Source: an uncultured Candidatus Binatia bacterium
GTDB lineage: Bacteria; Desulfobacterota; Binatia; UBA9968; CAXXLF01
Assembly: GCA_965218425.1 (NCBI GenBank)
Contig: OZ244621.1
Span: 2,752,001-2,816,000 of the forward strand
Length of the DNA stretch: 64,000 nt
Reading direction: 5' to 3'
Position numbers and translations under genes: made by a program. Shown one piece after another: positions 30,335 to 40,529 of this stretch. Under the pieces are notes generated by a model. The model was not told the DNA's origin. It saw nothing but the letters and a program-made list of their open reading frames with translations, and did no database searches. How positions within the stretch are numbered: position 1 is the stretch's first letter; each line of letters begins with the position of its first letter.

Positions 30335-30893
30335 TGAGAGTAACTTTAAGGCGGGGATGGACAATCATTAAAAGGTGCAAAAGGGGTACAAAAAAAGATT
30401 CTGTTGCAAGCTAAACGAAAATTACCCGTGATTTCCCATAATTTGAGCCTCAATAAGCGGATAATTCGCGTCTATGAAATCGTTGCACGCGAAATCTCCC
30501 TGTTGTGGAACCGAAATCTATCGCTTTGGCGCTCGACGTCGTCAGTACAGCCATTGCAAGCGAACATGGAGTATCCGCGCAGCAAAAAACGAGGCCGCAG
30601 ACCTTGGCGAGCTTCGCCCCGATTCGTAGAAGCAGTCTTGTTGCAGGGGCGGACTCTGAAAGATATTGCTCTGCGCCGCGGCCTTACGCCCCAAGCCATG
30701 GGTCAAACCTGATGGCTCTGAAGCCCTGTCATAAAAATAGAGCGGTCTTCCTGGATCCTCTGCTCTTTCCTGGGCGGGAGGAAGTCTGCCGCTGGTCGCA
30801 GGCCTTCAGCACCATCCCCGCACGAATACACAGGCGCATCCGCGCCTCACAGCTCACGGCGGCCGAAGCACCAACACATTGGTCTGGGAGACA

Positions 30894-32138
30894 ATGAAGA
30901 TGATCGATACTGGAAACACCGCTTTCATGCTCGTTGCGGCGAGTTTGGTCCTGATCATGACCCCTGGCCTCGCCTTCTTCTATGGCGGGCTTGTGGGTCG
31001 CAAGAACGTGCTGACCATCATGATGCAGAGCATCGTGTCCCTGGGGGTGACCACGATCCTGTGGGTCACCGTGGGTTACTCCCTTTGCTTCGGGACCGAT
31101 GTCTACGGGATCATCGGCAATCCCATCGATCACATCCTGCTGCGGAACATCGCACCCACCGATCTCTCTACCGACCTTGACATACCGGTGTTCGTCTTTG
31201 TGACCTACCAGCTGATGTTCGCCATCATTACTCCCGCCCTGATCACCGGGGCGTTCGCCAATCGGGTGCCGTTCAAGGCCTACCTGATCTTCCTGGTGGG
31301 GTGGCTGCTGTTCGTCTACTTCCCCTTTGTCCATATGATCTGGGGAGGGGGCTGGCTGGCAGATTGGGGTGTGCTCGATTTCGCCGGTGGCATCGTCGTG
31401 CACGAGCTGGCCGGCCTGGCGGCGCTCGCCACCGTGTTCGTCGTGGGCGCTCGCCAGGTCCATGATCCCGAGCCCCATAACATCCCGTTTGTCGCCCTGG
31501 GGACGGCGTTGCTGTGGTTCGGCTGGTTCGGCTTCAATGCCGGGAGCGCACTCGCCGCGAGCGGTGTCACTGGCCTCGCTTTCCTCAACACCCAGATCGG
31601 CGCCTCGTTCGCAGCGGTGACCTGGATGGCGTTCGACTGGGTCGTCAAGGGGAAACCTTCTGTGGTGGGTTTCTGTGTCGGGGCGGTGGCCGGATTGGCC
31701 ACAATCACACCGACAGCGGGTTATATTGACCCTCAAAGTGCCATGCTGCTCGGAATACTTGCCGGATCCGTGTGCTATGCTGCCGTTATCTTCCGGAAAA
31801 AGATGGACTGGGACGACGCCCTCGATGTGTGGGGGGTGCACGGTGTAGGCGGAGTGTTGGGGATCCTGTTATTGGGACTGTTTGCTACGACGGGCATGAA
31901 TGCCGCTGGTGCCGATGGTCTCTTCTTCGGAGGTCCCGAGTTCTTCTTAAAAGAACTGGTTGCCGTCCTGTTCGCCGCCGCCTGGGCCTTCGGATTCACC
32001 TTCGGGATGCTAAAACTGATCAACATTTTTACGCCAGTGAGGGTCTCCAAGTCGGTCGAACGAACCGGGTTGGACAGTGCCCTGCATGGCGAGTCGGCAT
32101 ACATCGAGGCAGGGTCGGCCGAGATCGAAGAGGAATAG
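30894..32138 (+). CDS. amtB: Ammonium transporter
   Basis: MTPGLAFFYGG, DFAGGIVVH, WFGWFGFNAGS, DDALDVWGVHG. Confidence 0.97.
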   Translation: MKMIDTGNTAFMLVAASLVLIMTPGLAFFYGGLVGRKNVLTIMMQSIVSLGVTTILWVTVGYSLCFGTDVYGIIGNPIDHILLRNIAPTDLSTDLDIPVFVFVTYQLMFAIITPALITGAFANRVPFKAYLIFLVGWLLFVYFPFVHMIWGGGWLADWGVLDFAGGIVVHELAGLAALATVFVVGARQVHDPEPHNIPFVALGTALLWFGWFGFNAGSALAASGVTGLAFLNTQIGASFAAVTWMAFDWVVKGKPSVVGFCVGAVAGLATITPTAGYIDPQSAMLLGILAGSVCYAAVIFRKKMDWDDALDVWGVHGVGGVLGILLLGLFATTGMNAAGADGLFFGGPEFFLKELVAVLFAAAWAFGFTFGMLKLINIFTPVRVSKSVERTGLDSALHGESAYIEAGSAEIEEE

Positions 32139-32583
32139 ATCGGAACCCGAGAGCGATCCAGGGGGGCTGTCCGATAAACCGCCGCCGAGACCCGGTGAGC
32201 CATTATCACCCGCAGGGCCAGCATCTTAGAGACCTCGCACAACTGCGAGCCTGCCGTGAGTGTTTCGTCTCAAGGCGGCGGCGAACGGCCGGGTGTTCGT
32301 CTCTATGCGGAGTCGACCGGAAGTCTCCATAAATCCCGGGGTGGCCCAAATTCCCCACGTTATGAGTAATCAGATGAAACGGCATGGAGGGTATTTCGTT
32401 ATACACATTCAAGCCGTTCCTGACGCTCCCCCATGGCGTTGAAAGCATCAGATTTATCCGGTGAGTACCCTTATTAACTTCGTTAGCTAAGACGCCTAAT
32501 AAACCCTCGCATGTCTTGGGAACTATTTCTGTAATAGTCTAGGGGACATTGCTTCCGAAAGAGCTTTATCGTAGCTGGTTGAT

Positions 32584-32810
32584 ATGCCTCGGCAAGCGCG
32601 CCTCGATGCTCCTGGTATTCTGCACCACGTGGTGGTGCGAGGGTTCGAGCGCCGCCCCATCTTTCGGGACAACGTTGACCGGCGCGACTTCTGCGCCCGG
32701 TTGGGGGGACTGGTGGAAGGGACTACCCTAACCGTGTACGCGTGGGCTCTGCTCCCGAACCACGCGCACCTCCTGCTCCAGACGGGCCAGCGGCCCCTGG
32801 CTCTGTGTAA
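32584..32810 (+). pseudogene. RAYT / Y1 HUH transposase N-terminal part, truncated
   Basis: MPRQARLDAPGILHHVVVRGFERRPIFRD..YAWALLPNHAHLLL; homology stops at TAGGGGACAT. Confidence 0.9.
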
Positions 32811-32829
32811 TAGGGGACATCCTATAGTC

Positions 32830-33141
32830 TCCTTGTCAAGTAATAATTTCTTGGCATTAGTTTTTCAATAGAATCAGCACATTGCAAATCCTGCCGGATT
32901 GATCACACACTTCTACACTAAGCCTGCACACAGGCTTTGATATTTTCTGGCGAGTCTCTCACTACCTTCGAACTTAGCACCTCATCGTTACAAGTATTCG
33001 GTGTACCTGCTTTTAGTCACCCATCATCCCTTATCCAGGTTGCAAAGTTCAGTGAGAGGCCCCTGTATTGTCCCTCCCGAGGTCCTTGTTTGGCCTCTAC
33101 GTTGCGTCTCGGGGTCCTCCCTCGCCAAGGTCAAATAGACT
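32830..33141 (-). ncRNA. Long noncoding end downstream of the IS110 ORF, candidate bridge/seek RNA locus
   Basis: About 300 bp noncoding stretch directly 3' of the transposase; inferred from position only. Confidence 0.4.
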
Positions 33142-34428
33142 CTAGTCTATCTTCAAATACGTCGGATCAAAAAACTCCTTTTTCTTCATCAACGTCCAGG
33201 CAATGATTAACATCTTAGCTGTCAACTTCACCCTCATCTTGGTCTTAATCCCTTTCTCCTTTTGCCGCCCTGTGAGTTTGTGGGTAAAATAGGCAGTAAA
33301 GTGCTTATCCTTGTTTGAGGCCACCAACGCTGCCTGGTACAACCCATAGCGCACCTCGACCTTACCCTTCTTGGAAATACGCGGCGTGCTATCGGATGAA
33401 TACTTTCCACTACGAGAAGCCGAAAGATCCAGACCCACCATCTTCAGCACTTGGCTGCCACTACTAAAACGAAAAGGGTCTGCTATAGCGGCCAGCACCA
33501 TGGCACAAACCAATGGGCCAAAACCAGGTATACTCAAAAGGTAAGGATAGGATTCAAACTGAAGGCAAATCTGCTTAATCTGCTCATCGGTTTCGCCAAT
33601 CGTTTGGCGTACCTGCTTTAACAGACTGACCACCCTATCGGCTTCAAATTGAACCGACGGACCGAACCGAGAGCCAATCGAAACCGCTGCCTTTTGCCAT
33701 ACGGCGGACAACCGACGTTGTTGGGCATAGGTTTGACCTCGGGTGTGAATCCTGCTTAGAAACTGTTCATAGTCTAAGCCCGATACCTCCACTGGGTCCA
33801 AACACCATTGGACAATCGCTAATCCCTCCTTTGCTGCCCAATGACAACACTGGTCTAACTCCGGGAAATACTGGGCCACCAGGTGATTGCGAATGCGTAT
33901 CCTTAGCCCATGTTCGAGCTTCTTTAGCTTTCTTCTCATTGACAGAAGATTCCTTAACTCCCGAAGCTCCACACCGGGAAATTCGTAATACACGCACTTT
34001 CCCTGAGAAATCAGATCCGCAATGTTATCTGCGTCCTTGGTGTCGTGTTTGTCCCATCTACCATCCAACAATGAGCGGTTCTTCTTCACGGCATCTGAAG
34101 CTACCAGGACCACCATATGCTGTTTCCTGATTAAGAACTCTCCCAGAGGTTTGTGATAGTTCGCTGTCGGTTCCAGCCCAAAAACTTCCTTCGTTAATCC
34201 GTGCCTAACTCTAACGGCCTCTACCTGCAATAAAAGCTTTTCAAATCCCTCTCTGTGGTTATCGAAGACCAGTTGCTTATACAGCACCTTGCCTGTAGCC
34301 GTGCCCATAAAGGCATAGTGCCTGTCCTTGGCCACATCGATTCCCACGATCAGATACTCTGTTGAGCCACGAATCTCCTTTTTCAATTGACGAAATGCTT
34401 CGAGCCTGTTAGCTTCAAACCGTTCCAT
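33142..34428 (-). CDS. IS110-family transposase, full length
   Basis: VGIDVAKD, GLEPTANY, KHDTKDA (DEDD); SIPGFG..GLDLSASRSG. Confidence 0.95.
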   Translation of the reverse strand: MERFEANRLEAFRQLKKEIRGSTEYLIVGIDVAKDRHYAFMGTATGKVLYKQLVFDNHREGFEKLLLQVEAVRVRHGLTKEVFGLEPTANYHKPLGEFLIRKQHMVVLVASDAVKKNRSLLDGRWDKHDTKDADNIADLISQGKCVYYEFPGVELRELRNLLSMRRKLKKLEHGLRIRIRNHLVAQYFPELDQCCHWAAKEGLAIVQWCLDPVEVSGLDYEQFLSRIHTRGQTYAQQRRLSAVWQKAAVSIGSRFGPSVQFEADRVVSLLKQVRQTIGETDEQIKQICLQFESYPYLLSIPGFGPLVCAMVLAAIADPFRFSSGSQVLKMVGLDLSASRSGKYSSDSTPRISKKGKVEVRYGLYQAALVASNKDKHFTAYFTHKLTGRQKEKGIKTKMRVKLTAKMLIIAWTLMKKKEFFDPTYLKID

Positions 34429-34671
34429 ATTTAAACCTCCTGTGTATTAAGAATTTTATGGGTCGTACCTAAGTTCTTAGCAGGAGGTTTTTTTTATACA
34501 GCTATAAAATAACTTCCAATTATAATACCGTGCGGATCTATAACCCTGGTAAGCTATAATATATAATGTTGCGGCTTTAATGGCTTTTTACTTTATTTCG
34601 ATTCCAGGAGCCTAAACCAGTGCTCACTGTTAAGATCGCCTTGTAGCGCAGCGGGTGGAGCGTATTCGAAA

Positions 34672-34927
34672 CCGGGGTCAGGTTATATGAAAAAGGGGTC
34701 AAGCTCCAGCAGGATGGCGGTTGTAGCAGCCATCAAACCTGAAAGGAGAAGATCCCATCCTTTACGTCGGGTTAGACTGCCACAAACGATACACCCAGGT
34801 AGATGCCATTGACCGGAAAGCACCGCGTCCAAACGGACAGGACATTCCAAGAGAGAATTGGCACGATACAAGCTGGAATCCGAAAGGGAAGGAAACCCAG
34901 AATAGCAAAAAGGCAAGGCTGAGCCCG
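34672..34927 (+). repeat. Repeat modules B+A
   Basis: CCGGGGTCAGGTTATATGAAAAAGGGGTCAAGCTCC..AGGCAAGGCTGAGCCCG. Confidence 0.9.
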
Positions 34928-35074
34928 ATTCAAATAGTCAGGAGGATCGTCAGCTAGCGACTGAAAATCAGTCTGCCCTTGCTGTTTTAGCCATTTCTTA
35001 GCCAAACGTTCGTCATTGCTCTTTCCATTATTCACCAGGTAAAAATACATCCCATATTCAGTTCCCATCGAACA

Positions 35075-37882
35075 TTAATTTCTTCGCCCAACGGGAGGTC
35101 GGCGGCCCCGCAGCCGTTTCGTTTTCCCCATCATCCCCGCTCCAAGCGGCGCGCGCATCTTCTCATAGAGCATGAACAGGTGTTCGACCCGCTCGCGCTC
35201 GGAGGCGAAGCCGCCAGGGCGGTAGAGTCGGTCCACCGCACGGTCAAGGGCCTGATGCGCCCGGCGTAGGTTGGGCGGCATGAGGTCGGGATCGTAGAGG
35301 TCCGCGAGCGTCGCGCCCAGATGGGCAGCGCGGGCGTCAAGGACGGCTTGCGCCAGAGGCTCCAGTTTGGGCAGATCCGCGCCTTCCGGTGGTGTCGGGA
35401 ATGTATTGTAGACGAGACCGATGGAATAGCGGTAACGGCTCTCCAACCGCCCGCCGACATGGCGCAGCCAAGCCATGTGCATGGCCGAGGTCAGCAGCGC
35501 GAAATCGGCTAGCGAGGCGTTCTGGAGGACGAACACGAGATCGCTGGGAATGGTCGGCGGCTCCAGCCAACCCACCGGCACATATTCCCGCCGCTCCGAA
35601 CTCACCTTCGGAATGACCAGGAACGGCGCGGTGGGCAATACGTTGACATGATAGAGCGTTGGGGTAGCAGCCAGCTTTTTCGTGGGCAAGCTCTCGCTTT
35701 CCTCCCGGTACGCGCGGACAGCAGCAATGCGTTCCCGTACATGCGGCAGTCGCGCTAACTTGTCCGGCCGCGCGGCGTGGAGGACGAGAATCCAGCGTTC
35801 CCCGCCTCGCAGATACTCCCAAGCGCCAAGGTACGGACGAAGGAAGGGCTCGGCGTCCGGCTCGGAGTCCAGAAGCGTGTAGCGTTCTTCAGCGTCCAAG
35901 ATATAGTTTCCACCATCGATGGGTTTGGAGCCGATGATCAACCTGCCCATCCCGTTGATCGGCCTACTTTCTTCGCGCACGGTCAAATGCGGGTCGGAAA
36001 GGCCACTGGCATCGAACAAGTACGGGGACAGCACCGAGTGACGGCTTTCCTCTGGTTCGCCGTTAATGTCGGGATAGCCGAACAAACGCCTTGCGGGCCG
36101 CGCGGCCTCCCGTCGGTCGAGGCCGAGAATGACGACGTGCACGTGCGCCTTGCCGCGCGCGTCCGATCCCCACGCGAACGTGCGGTGCGCGAATGCGCTC
36201 TCCAACTTGCAGCGGTCGAACAAGACCGGCCAGAGTTGGGCGACCTGCTCGCCCTGCGTAATCGAATTGGTCGCGACGAAACCGATACGAGCGTTTCCAG
36301 ACCGGATATACTCGCCCGCCTTGATGAACCACGCGGCGACGTAATCCAGCGTGCCGCCGCTCTTGCCGAGCGCCGCGATCCCGCGCACCTGCGCGCGCTG
36401 GTCCGCCGTCTGGTACTTCGCGCCGACGAAGGGCGGATTGCCGAACACGAAGGAACAGTCCTCCGGCCGCAACAGGTCCGCCCAATCGGTTTCCAGTGCG
36501 TCTCCGTGGACGATATGCGGCGATTTCTCCAGCGGAATCCGGGTATAGGTCTGGCCGAACTCCAGGCTCAGCCGGTTGTTCATGATATGGTCCATCATCC
36601 ACATGGCGGTTTCCGCAATGCGGGCCGGGAACTCGCCAAGCTCGATGCCGTGGAACTGGTCGACATCGATCACCGACAGGGTTTCCGCGTCGAGTTCCCG
36701 TTGCGTGCTCACTCGTATCGCTTTCAGAACCTCGATTTCTAGCAACCGCAGCTCCCGGTAGGCGATGATGAGGAAGTTGCCGCAGCCGCAGGCCGGGTCG
36801 AAGAATGTCATCCCACCCAGCTTCTCCTGAAACTTACGCAGCTCGGCGATACGGTGGCTGTCCTTGCGGGACTTCAGACGCGCGAACTCGGCGCGCAGGT
36901 CATCCATGAACAGCGGCTCTATCACCTTCAGGATGTTCTTCTCGGTCGTGTAGTGCGCGCCCTGGGCGCGGCGCTCGGCAGGTTCCATGACCGATTGGAA
37001 CAGGGAGCCGAAGATCGCGGGCGAGATGTTCGACCAGTCGAACCGGCCGGTGTCCAGCAGAACCCTGCGCATGGCCGCGTCGAATGCCGGAATGCGAAGC
37101 GGCCCTTCGAACAGATCGCCGTTGATGTAGGGAAACCCCTTGAGGTCTTCGTCGAGCGTCGCGGTGCGGTTGCCCTCTGGAGTATCCAGCACCTGGAACA
37201 GTTGCGACAGCCAAGGTCCGAGATCGGCGCCGTCCTCCCCCGTGCGTGTCTCGATGAAGTCGAAGAAAATATCGCGCGGCTCGAAGATGCCGGTGTCGTC
37301 CGCAAAGAGGCAGAACACGATCCGCACCAGAAACCGCTCCAGGTCGTGGCCCCGGTATCCCGCCGCGTGAAGTGCATCGTGCAGCCGCCCCACCAGTTCG
37401 GCGGCCTTGACGTTGGCCGGGTCCTGATCGCGGAAGGTCCGGCGCTGGACGCCCAGGATGAAGCCGAACGCCTCTACATAAGCGGGCAGGTCCTTGAGCG
37501 GGAAGGCGACGGTTTCCCGTTCATCGAGATCGCGAAGCTCGAAGCTCCGGAAGTCGCTGACCAGAATATAGCGCGGCCGGTCGCGCTCGGCGAGCGCATC
37601 GAAATACCCCCCGGCCTGATCGTTGGCTTTGGCGAGATCGCGCCCGGCGCTTTTCTGCTCGACGATCAGGACGCCCGGCCAGAACAGGTCGATGAACCCG
37701 GAACGGTTGTCCAGCTTCGCCACATGCGCCTCGTAGCGCGCGACGGTTCGCCGCCGTATGCCGAATATCTCGAAGAACTCGTTGTAGAAGCTCTGCGTCT
37801 CGCCCTTCTCATAGGCAGCGTCCCGCCATTCGTCGGCGAAGGCGGCGGCGCGGACGCGCGCCTCGTTCCATGACAGGCGCAT
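35075..37882 (-). CDS. MmeI-like type IIL restriction-modification enzyme / N6-adenine methyltransferase
   Basis: IDLFWPGVLIVEQKS, GAHYT, DPACGCGNF, GNPPF, SSERREY. Confidence 0.92.
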   Translation of the reverse strand: MRLSWNEARVRAAAFADEWRDAAYEKGETQSFYNEFFEIFGIRRRTVARYEAHVAKLDNRSGFIDLFWPGVLIVEQKSAGRDLAKANDQAGGYFDALAERDRPRYILVSDFRSFELRDLDERETVAFPLKDLPAYVEAFGFILGVQRRTFRDQDPANVKAAELVGRLHDALHAAGYRGHDLERFLVRIVFCLFADDTGIFEPRDIFFDFIETRTGEDGADLGPWLSQLFQVLDTPEGNRTATLDEDLKGFPYINGDLFEGPLRIPAFDAAMRRVLLDTGRFDWSNISPAIFGSLFQSVMEPAERRAQGAHYTTEKNILKVIEPLFMDDLRAEFARLKSRKDSHRIAELRKFQEKLGGMTFFDPACGCGNFLIIAYRELRLLEIEVLKAIRVSTQRELDAETLSVIDVDQFHGIELGEFPARIAETAMWMMDHIMNNRLSLEFGQTYTRIPLEKSPHIVHGDALETDWADLLRPEDCSFVFGNPPFVGAKYQTADQRAQVRGIAALGKSGGTLDYVAAWFIKAGEYIRSGNARIGFVATNSITQGEQVAQLWPVLFDRCKLESAFAHRTFAWGSDARGKAHVHVVILGLDRREAARPARRLFGYPDINGEPEESRHSVLSPYLFDASGLSDPHLTVREESRPINGMGRLIIGSKPIDGGNYILDAEERYTLLDSEPDAEPFLRPYLGAWEYLRGGERWILVLHAARPDKLARLPHVRERIAAVRAYREESESLPTKKLAATPTLYHVNVLPTAPFLVIPKVSSERREYVPVGWLEPPTIPSDLVFVLQNASLADFALLTSAMHMAWLRHVGGRLESRYRYSIGLVYNTFPTPPEGADLPKLEPLAQAVLDARAAHLGATLADLYDPDLMPPNLRRAHQALDRAVDRLYRPGGFASERERVEHLFMLYEKMRAPLGAGMMGKTKRLRGRRPPVGRRN

Positions 37883-37885
37883 GAT

Positions 37886-38815
37886 CTACAGGGATTCCTG
37901 ATCGAAATAGTCTTCGTCGATCCACTTGACTTCGTGTCGAGCCCTGGTACGCACGCCGATATTGTGCGCGACCATCAGACGAGCCAGTTCTTCTCCGTCG
38001 ATCAGGACGATGCGTTTCGGACTTCGATCCACATAGTCCCTTGCGGCGCGCGTGAAACCGGCGGTGGTGACGAATACGCCCTTGGTCGTGCCCGCTGCGT
38101 CGATCGCGCCGGCGAAGTTGCGCAGGTCGCCCTCGCCCACGGTGTTGCCGTCGGCATACTTCTTCGCCTGAACATAAACCTCGTCCAGACCGAGCTTGTC
38201 TTCCCGGATCGTGCCGTCGATCCCGTGATCGCCTGAATGCCCGGTTACACGGCCCATCGCGGCGTCGCCGCCGCCGTACCCCATCGCGATCAGCAGATTG
38301 ATTACCACCTGTTCCAGAAATGCCGGAGACGCCTTGCGAACCCGGTCAAGCACATCGGCCTCCAGCGCATCGCGCAGTTGCTGGACGGCCCGTTCCAGGG
38401 TTTCCTCCGGCGTGTTCGCCGAATCATCCAGTGGCGCGAGTGCGGCATCACCGCTCGCTGACGGGGTGTTCCTGCCGGTCCGCCACGCGACATAGGCCGG
38501 ATAGTTGCGAAGGTGATTCATGTCGATGCGGGGCGGTGCATCGGCCAGCAGTCGCTTGCCTTCCGCCGTCAGTCGCCAGACTCCGCTCTGAACTCTTTCC
38601 AACAGACCGGCGCGTCCAAGATGAATCACCGCCCAACTCACCCGGTTCGTGAATACCGGCTGGCGACCGCTGGGAAGCAGCTCTCGCATATCATCGGGCG
38701 TCAGCCCTTCGGCAACGGCAACACGGGCGCGCACCTCGGATAGCGGTGTTTCTGAATCACCGGACAGTGCCTTGAGAACCGGCAACATGAGGGATTGAAA
38801 GTCAGGGATAGGTAT
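37886..38815 (-). CDS. mrr: Mrr type IV restriction endonuclease
   Basis: PIPDFQSLMLPVL, LLPSGRQ..NRVSWA, GDHGIDG..YVQAKKY; expected start codon reads ATA. Confidence 0.93.
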   Translation of the reverse strand: MPIPDFQSLMLPVLKALSGDSETPLSEVRARVAVAEGLTPDDMRELLPSGRQPVFTNRVSWAVIHLGRAGLLERVQSGVWRLTAEGKRLLADAPPRIDMNHLRNYPAYVAWRTGRNTPSASGDAALAPLDDSANTPEETLERAVQQLRDALEADVLDRVRKASPAFLEQVVINLLIAMGYGGGDAAMGRVTGHSGDHGIDGTIREDKLGLDEVYVQAKKYADGNTVGEGDLRNFAGAIDAAGTTKGVFVTTAGFTRAARDYVDRSPKRIVLIDGEELARLMVAHNIGVRTRARHEVKWIDEDYFDQESL

Positions 38816-39306
38816 AAGATTCTCCTTTGTTCGTTCCGTCTACGCCGCCGGGCAGTCGGCATGCCGGTTGCTCGAAGGTCATGATCTGCAGGCCGTGCCC
38901 GTGCTCACGGGCTGCGGCGAGCCGAAGTTCGCGCATTGTAAAACTGCCGTGCCCGATTACCGTCCGACGCTGCGCAGCTTCCATCTTTTCCCCAAGGCCA
39001 AGCGCCTGCCATAGCGCTGCCTCACCTATAGTGGACAACGGCGCTCCATCCTATCCTTGGCAAGCCTCGCCCCTTCTAGTTCAAACGCAATCGTATTGCC
39101 AAGTCAAGCTGCTTGGTCCCGATCCCGGTCCGCTCTGCCCGCTCCGATTCATCGATTTCCGGTCTCGGCTCCCGCACACTCCCGCCGCAAGACGGGCGGA
39201 TTCCCGTTAACTTGACGATACTGACGGAACACGGCGGGGCCGTGTCGCTGTCGGGGTCCGATACATTCGAGTCGTTTCTCAAAGCGACATGAAAACCGGA
39301 GTCGAT

Positions 39307-39660
39307 ATGGTCGTTAACTTTCAAAAGCGATTCGCCGCAACGGTGGAAAACGGCGCCAGGAGACAAACCATCCGTAAGGGGTGGAGGAACGGCAAGGTTG
39401 CCTGGAAACCGGTTGGGCTGTTACAGTTTTATACCGGACTGCGCGCGCGGAATGCTCGTCTTTTGCGTGGCGCGGTCTGCAAGAAGATAAGCAGGATATC
39501 CATCGGTAAGGATCGGACTCTATATTATTTGGGCGGGCGTTGCTTGCCCCCTGCGAAGTACCGGGAGCTTGCTCGGCTGGACGGGTTCGACGATCACATT
39601 GGGATGGCGCTCCGGTTTCAGGCAAACCATGGTCTGCCGTTCAATGGGGGTATCCGATCG
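39307..39660 (+). pseudogene. Phage-type ASCH-like protein, probably degraded
   Basis: NFQKRFAATVENGARRQTIRK..LQFYTGLR..LL..LARLDGF. Confidence 0.6.
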
Positions 39661-40086
39661 ATTTCAACGATAATGATTGTTAATGGTCATCGCCCCGGTT
39701 CTGCCATGTGGAAGCAATCGTATGGACCCCGACCGGCTCCACCGATTTTCCGGCCGAAATACGACCCCGAAAACAGCCAAAAAACGGCCTTTAAAGGCCG
39801 CTTATCCACAGCTTCCGGCTGGATTTCCGATTATTTCTTTCGCTCGGAAACCTGGACCCTGCGGGCGCTCAAAACCCTGAAAAACAAGGGTTCCATCCCG
39901 CATCATCCCGCATCATCCCTCATCATCCCGCCACTTCCTGTCTTTTTCGCCGCCCTACATCCAGTCGCACGTGGGTACAGCGGTAGGTAAGTGTTCATGG
40001 CCCGAACCCGGAGCCGCCGAAGCCGATTGCCACAATCAAGGCAACCAGAAAACATTGGATCGTCAAACGAGAAGATACCAGCCGAT

Positions 40087-40503
40087 CTAGGCTTTCTTGT
40101 GAAGGGCTTGGGGTTCTCCTGACTTCAGCGGAATGACTTGAGGCTCCTTGCCCTTCACGTTGCAGCGGCCCTCAAAAAACACGCCCTCCTCCATGATCAG
40201 GACGGGTGTTACTATATCACCGACTACTCGGGCTGATTTTCGTAATTCGACACGTTCCCGCACAGTGATATGGCCGGAGAATTGACCTGCAAGGATCGCC
40301 GTACCCGCTCGTACGTCGGCCTCCAGCTCTCCCGATTCGCTGACTATCAGGGTGTTGGAAGAGATCAGCTCTCCGCTAAATTTTCCGTTCACGATGAGGG
40401 TTCCAACAAACGTCAGGCGGCCTTCCATTTCACAGCCGTGATCGATAACCGACATCGCGGCGTGTTCGGGATTTGATTTGTGTTTGGACTTCCGAAACCT
40501 CAT
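40087..40503 (-). CDS. Bactofilin (polymer-forming cytoskeletal protein)
   Basis: SVIDHGCEMEGRL..IVNGKFSG..GDIVTPVLIMEEGVFFEGRC. Confidence 0.92.
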   Translation of the reverse strand: MRFRKSKHKSNPEHAAMSVIDHGCEMEGRLTFVGTLIVNGKFSGELISSNTLIVSESGELEADVRAGTAILAGQFSGHITVRERVELRKSARVVGDIVTPVLIMEEGVFFEGRCNVKGKEPQVIPLKSGEPQALHKKA

Positions 40504-40529
40504 GGTTGAACCATCTCAATTATGCTCGG

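Noticed and set aside
430..34930. Classical integron with attC cassettes
   Set aside because: No intI-like tyrosine recombinase, no RYYYAAC..GTTRRRY sites, mixed orientations and truncated genes
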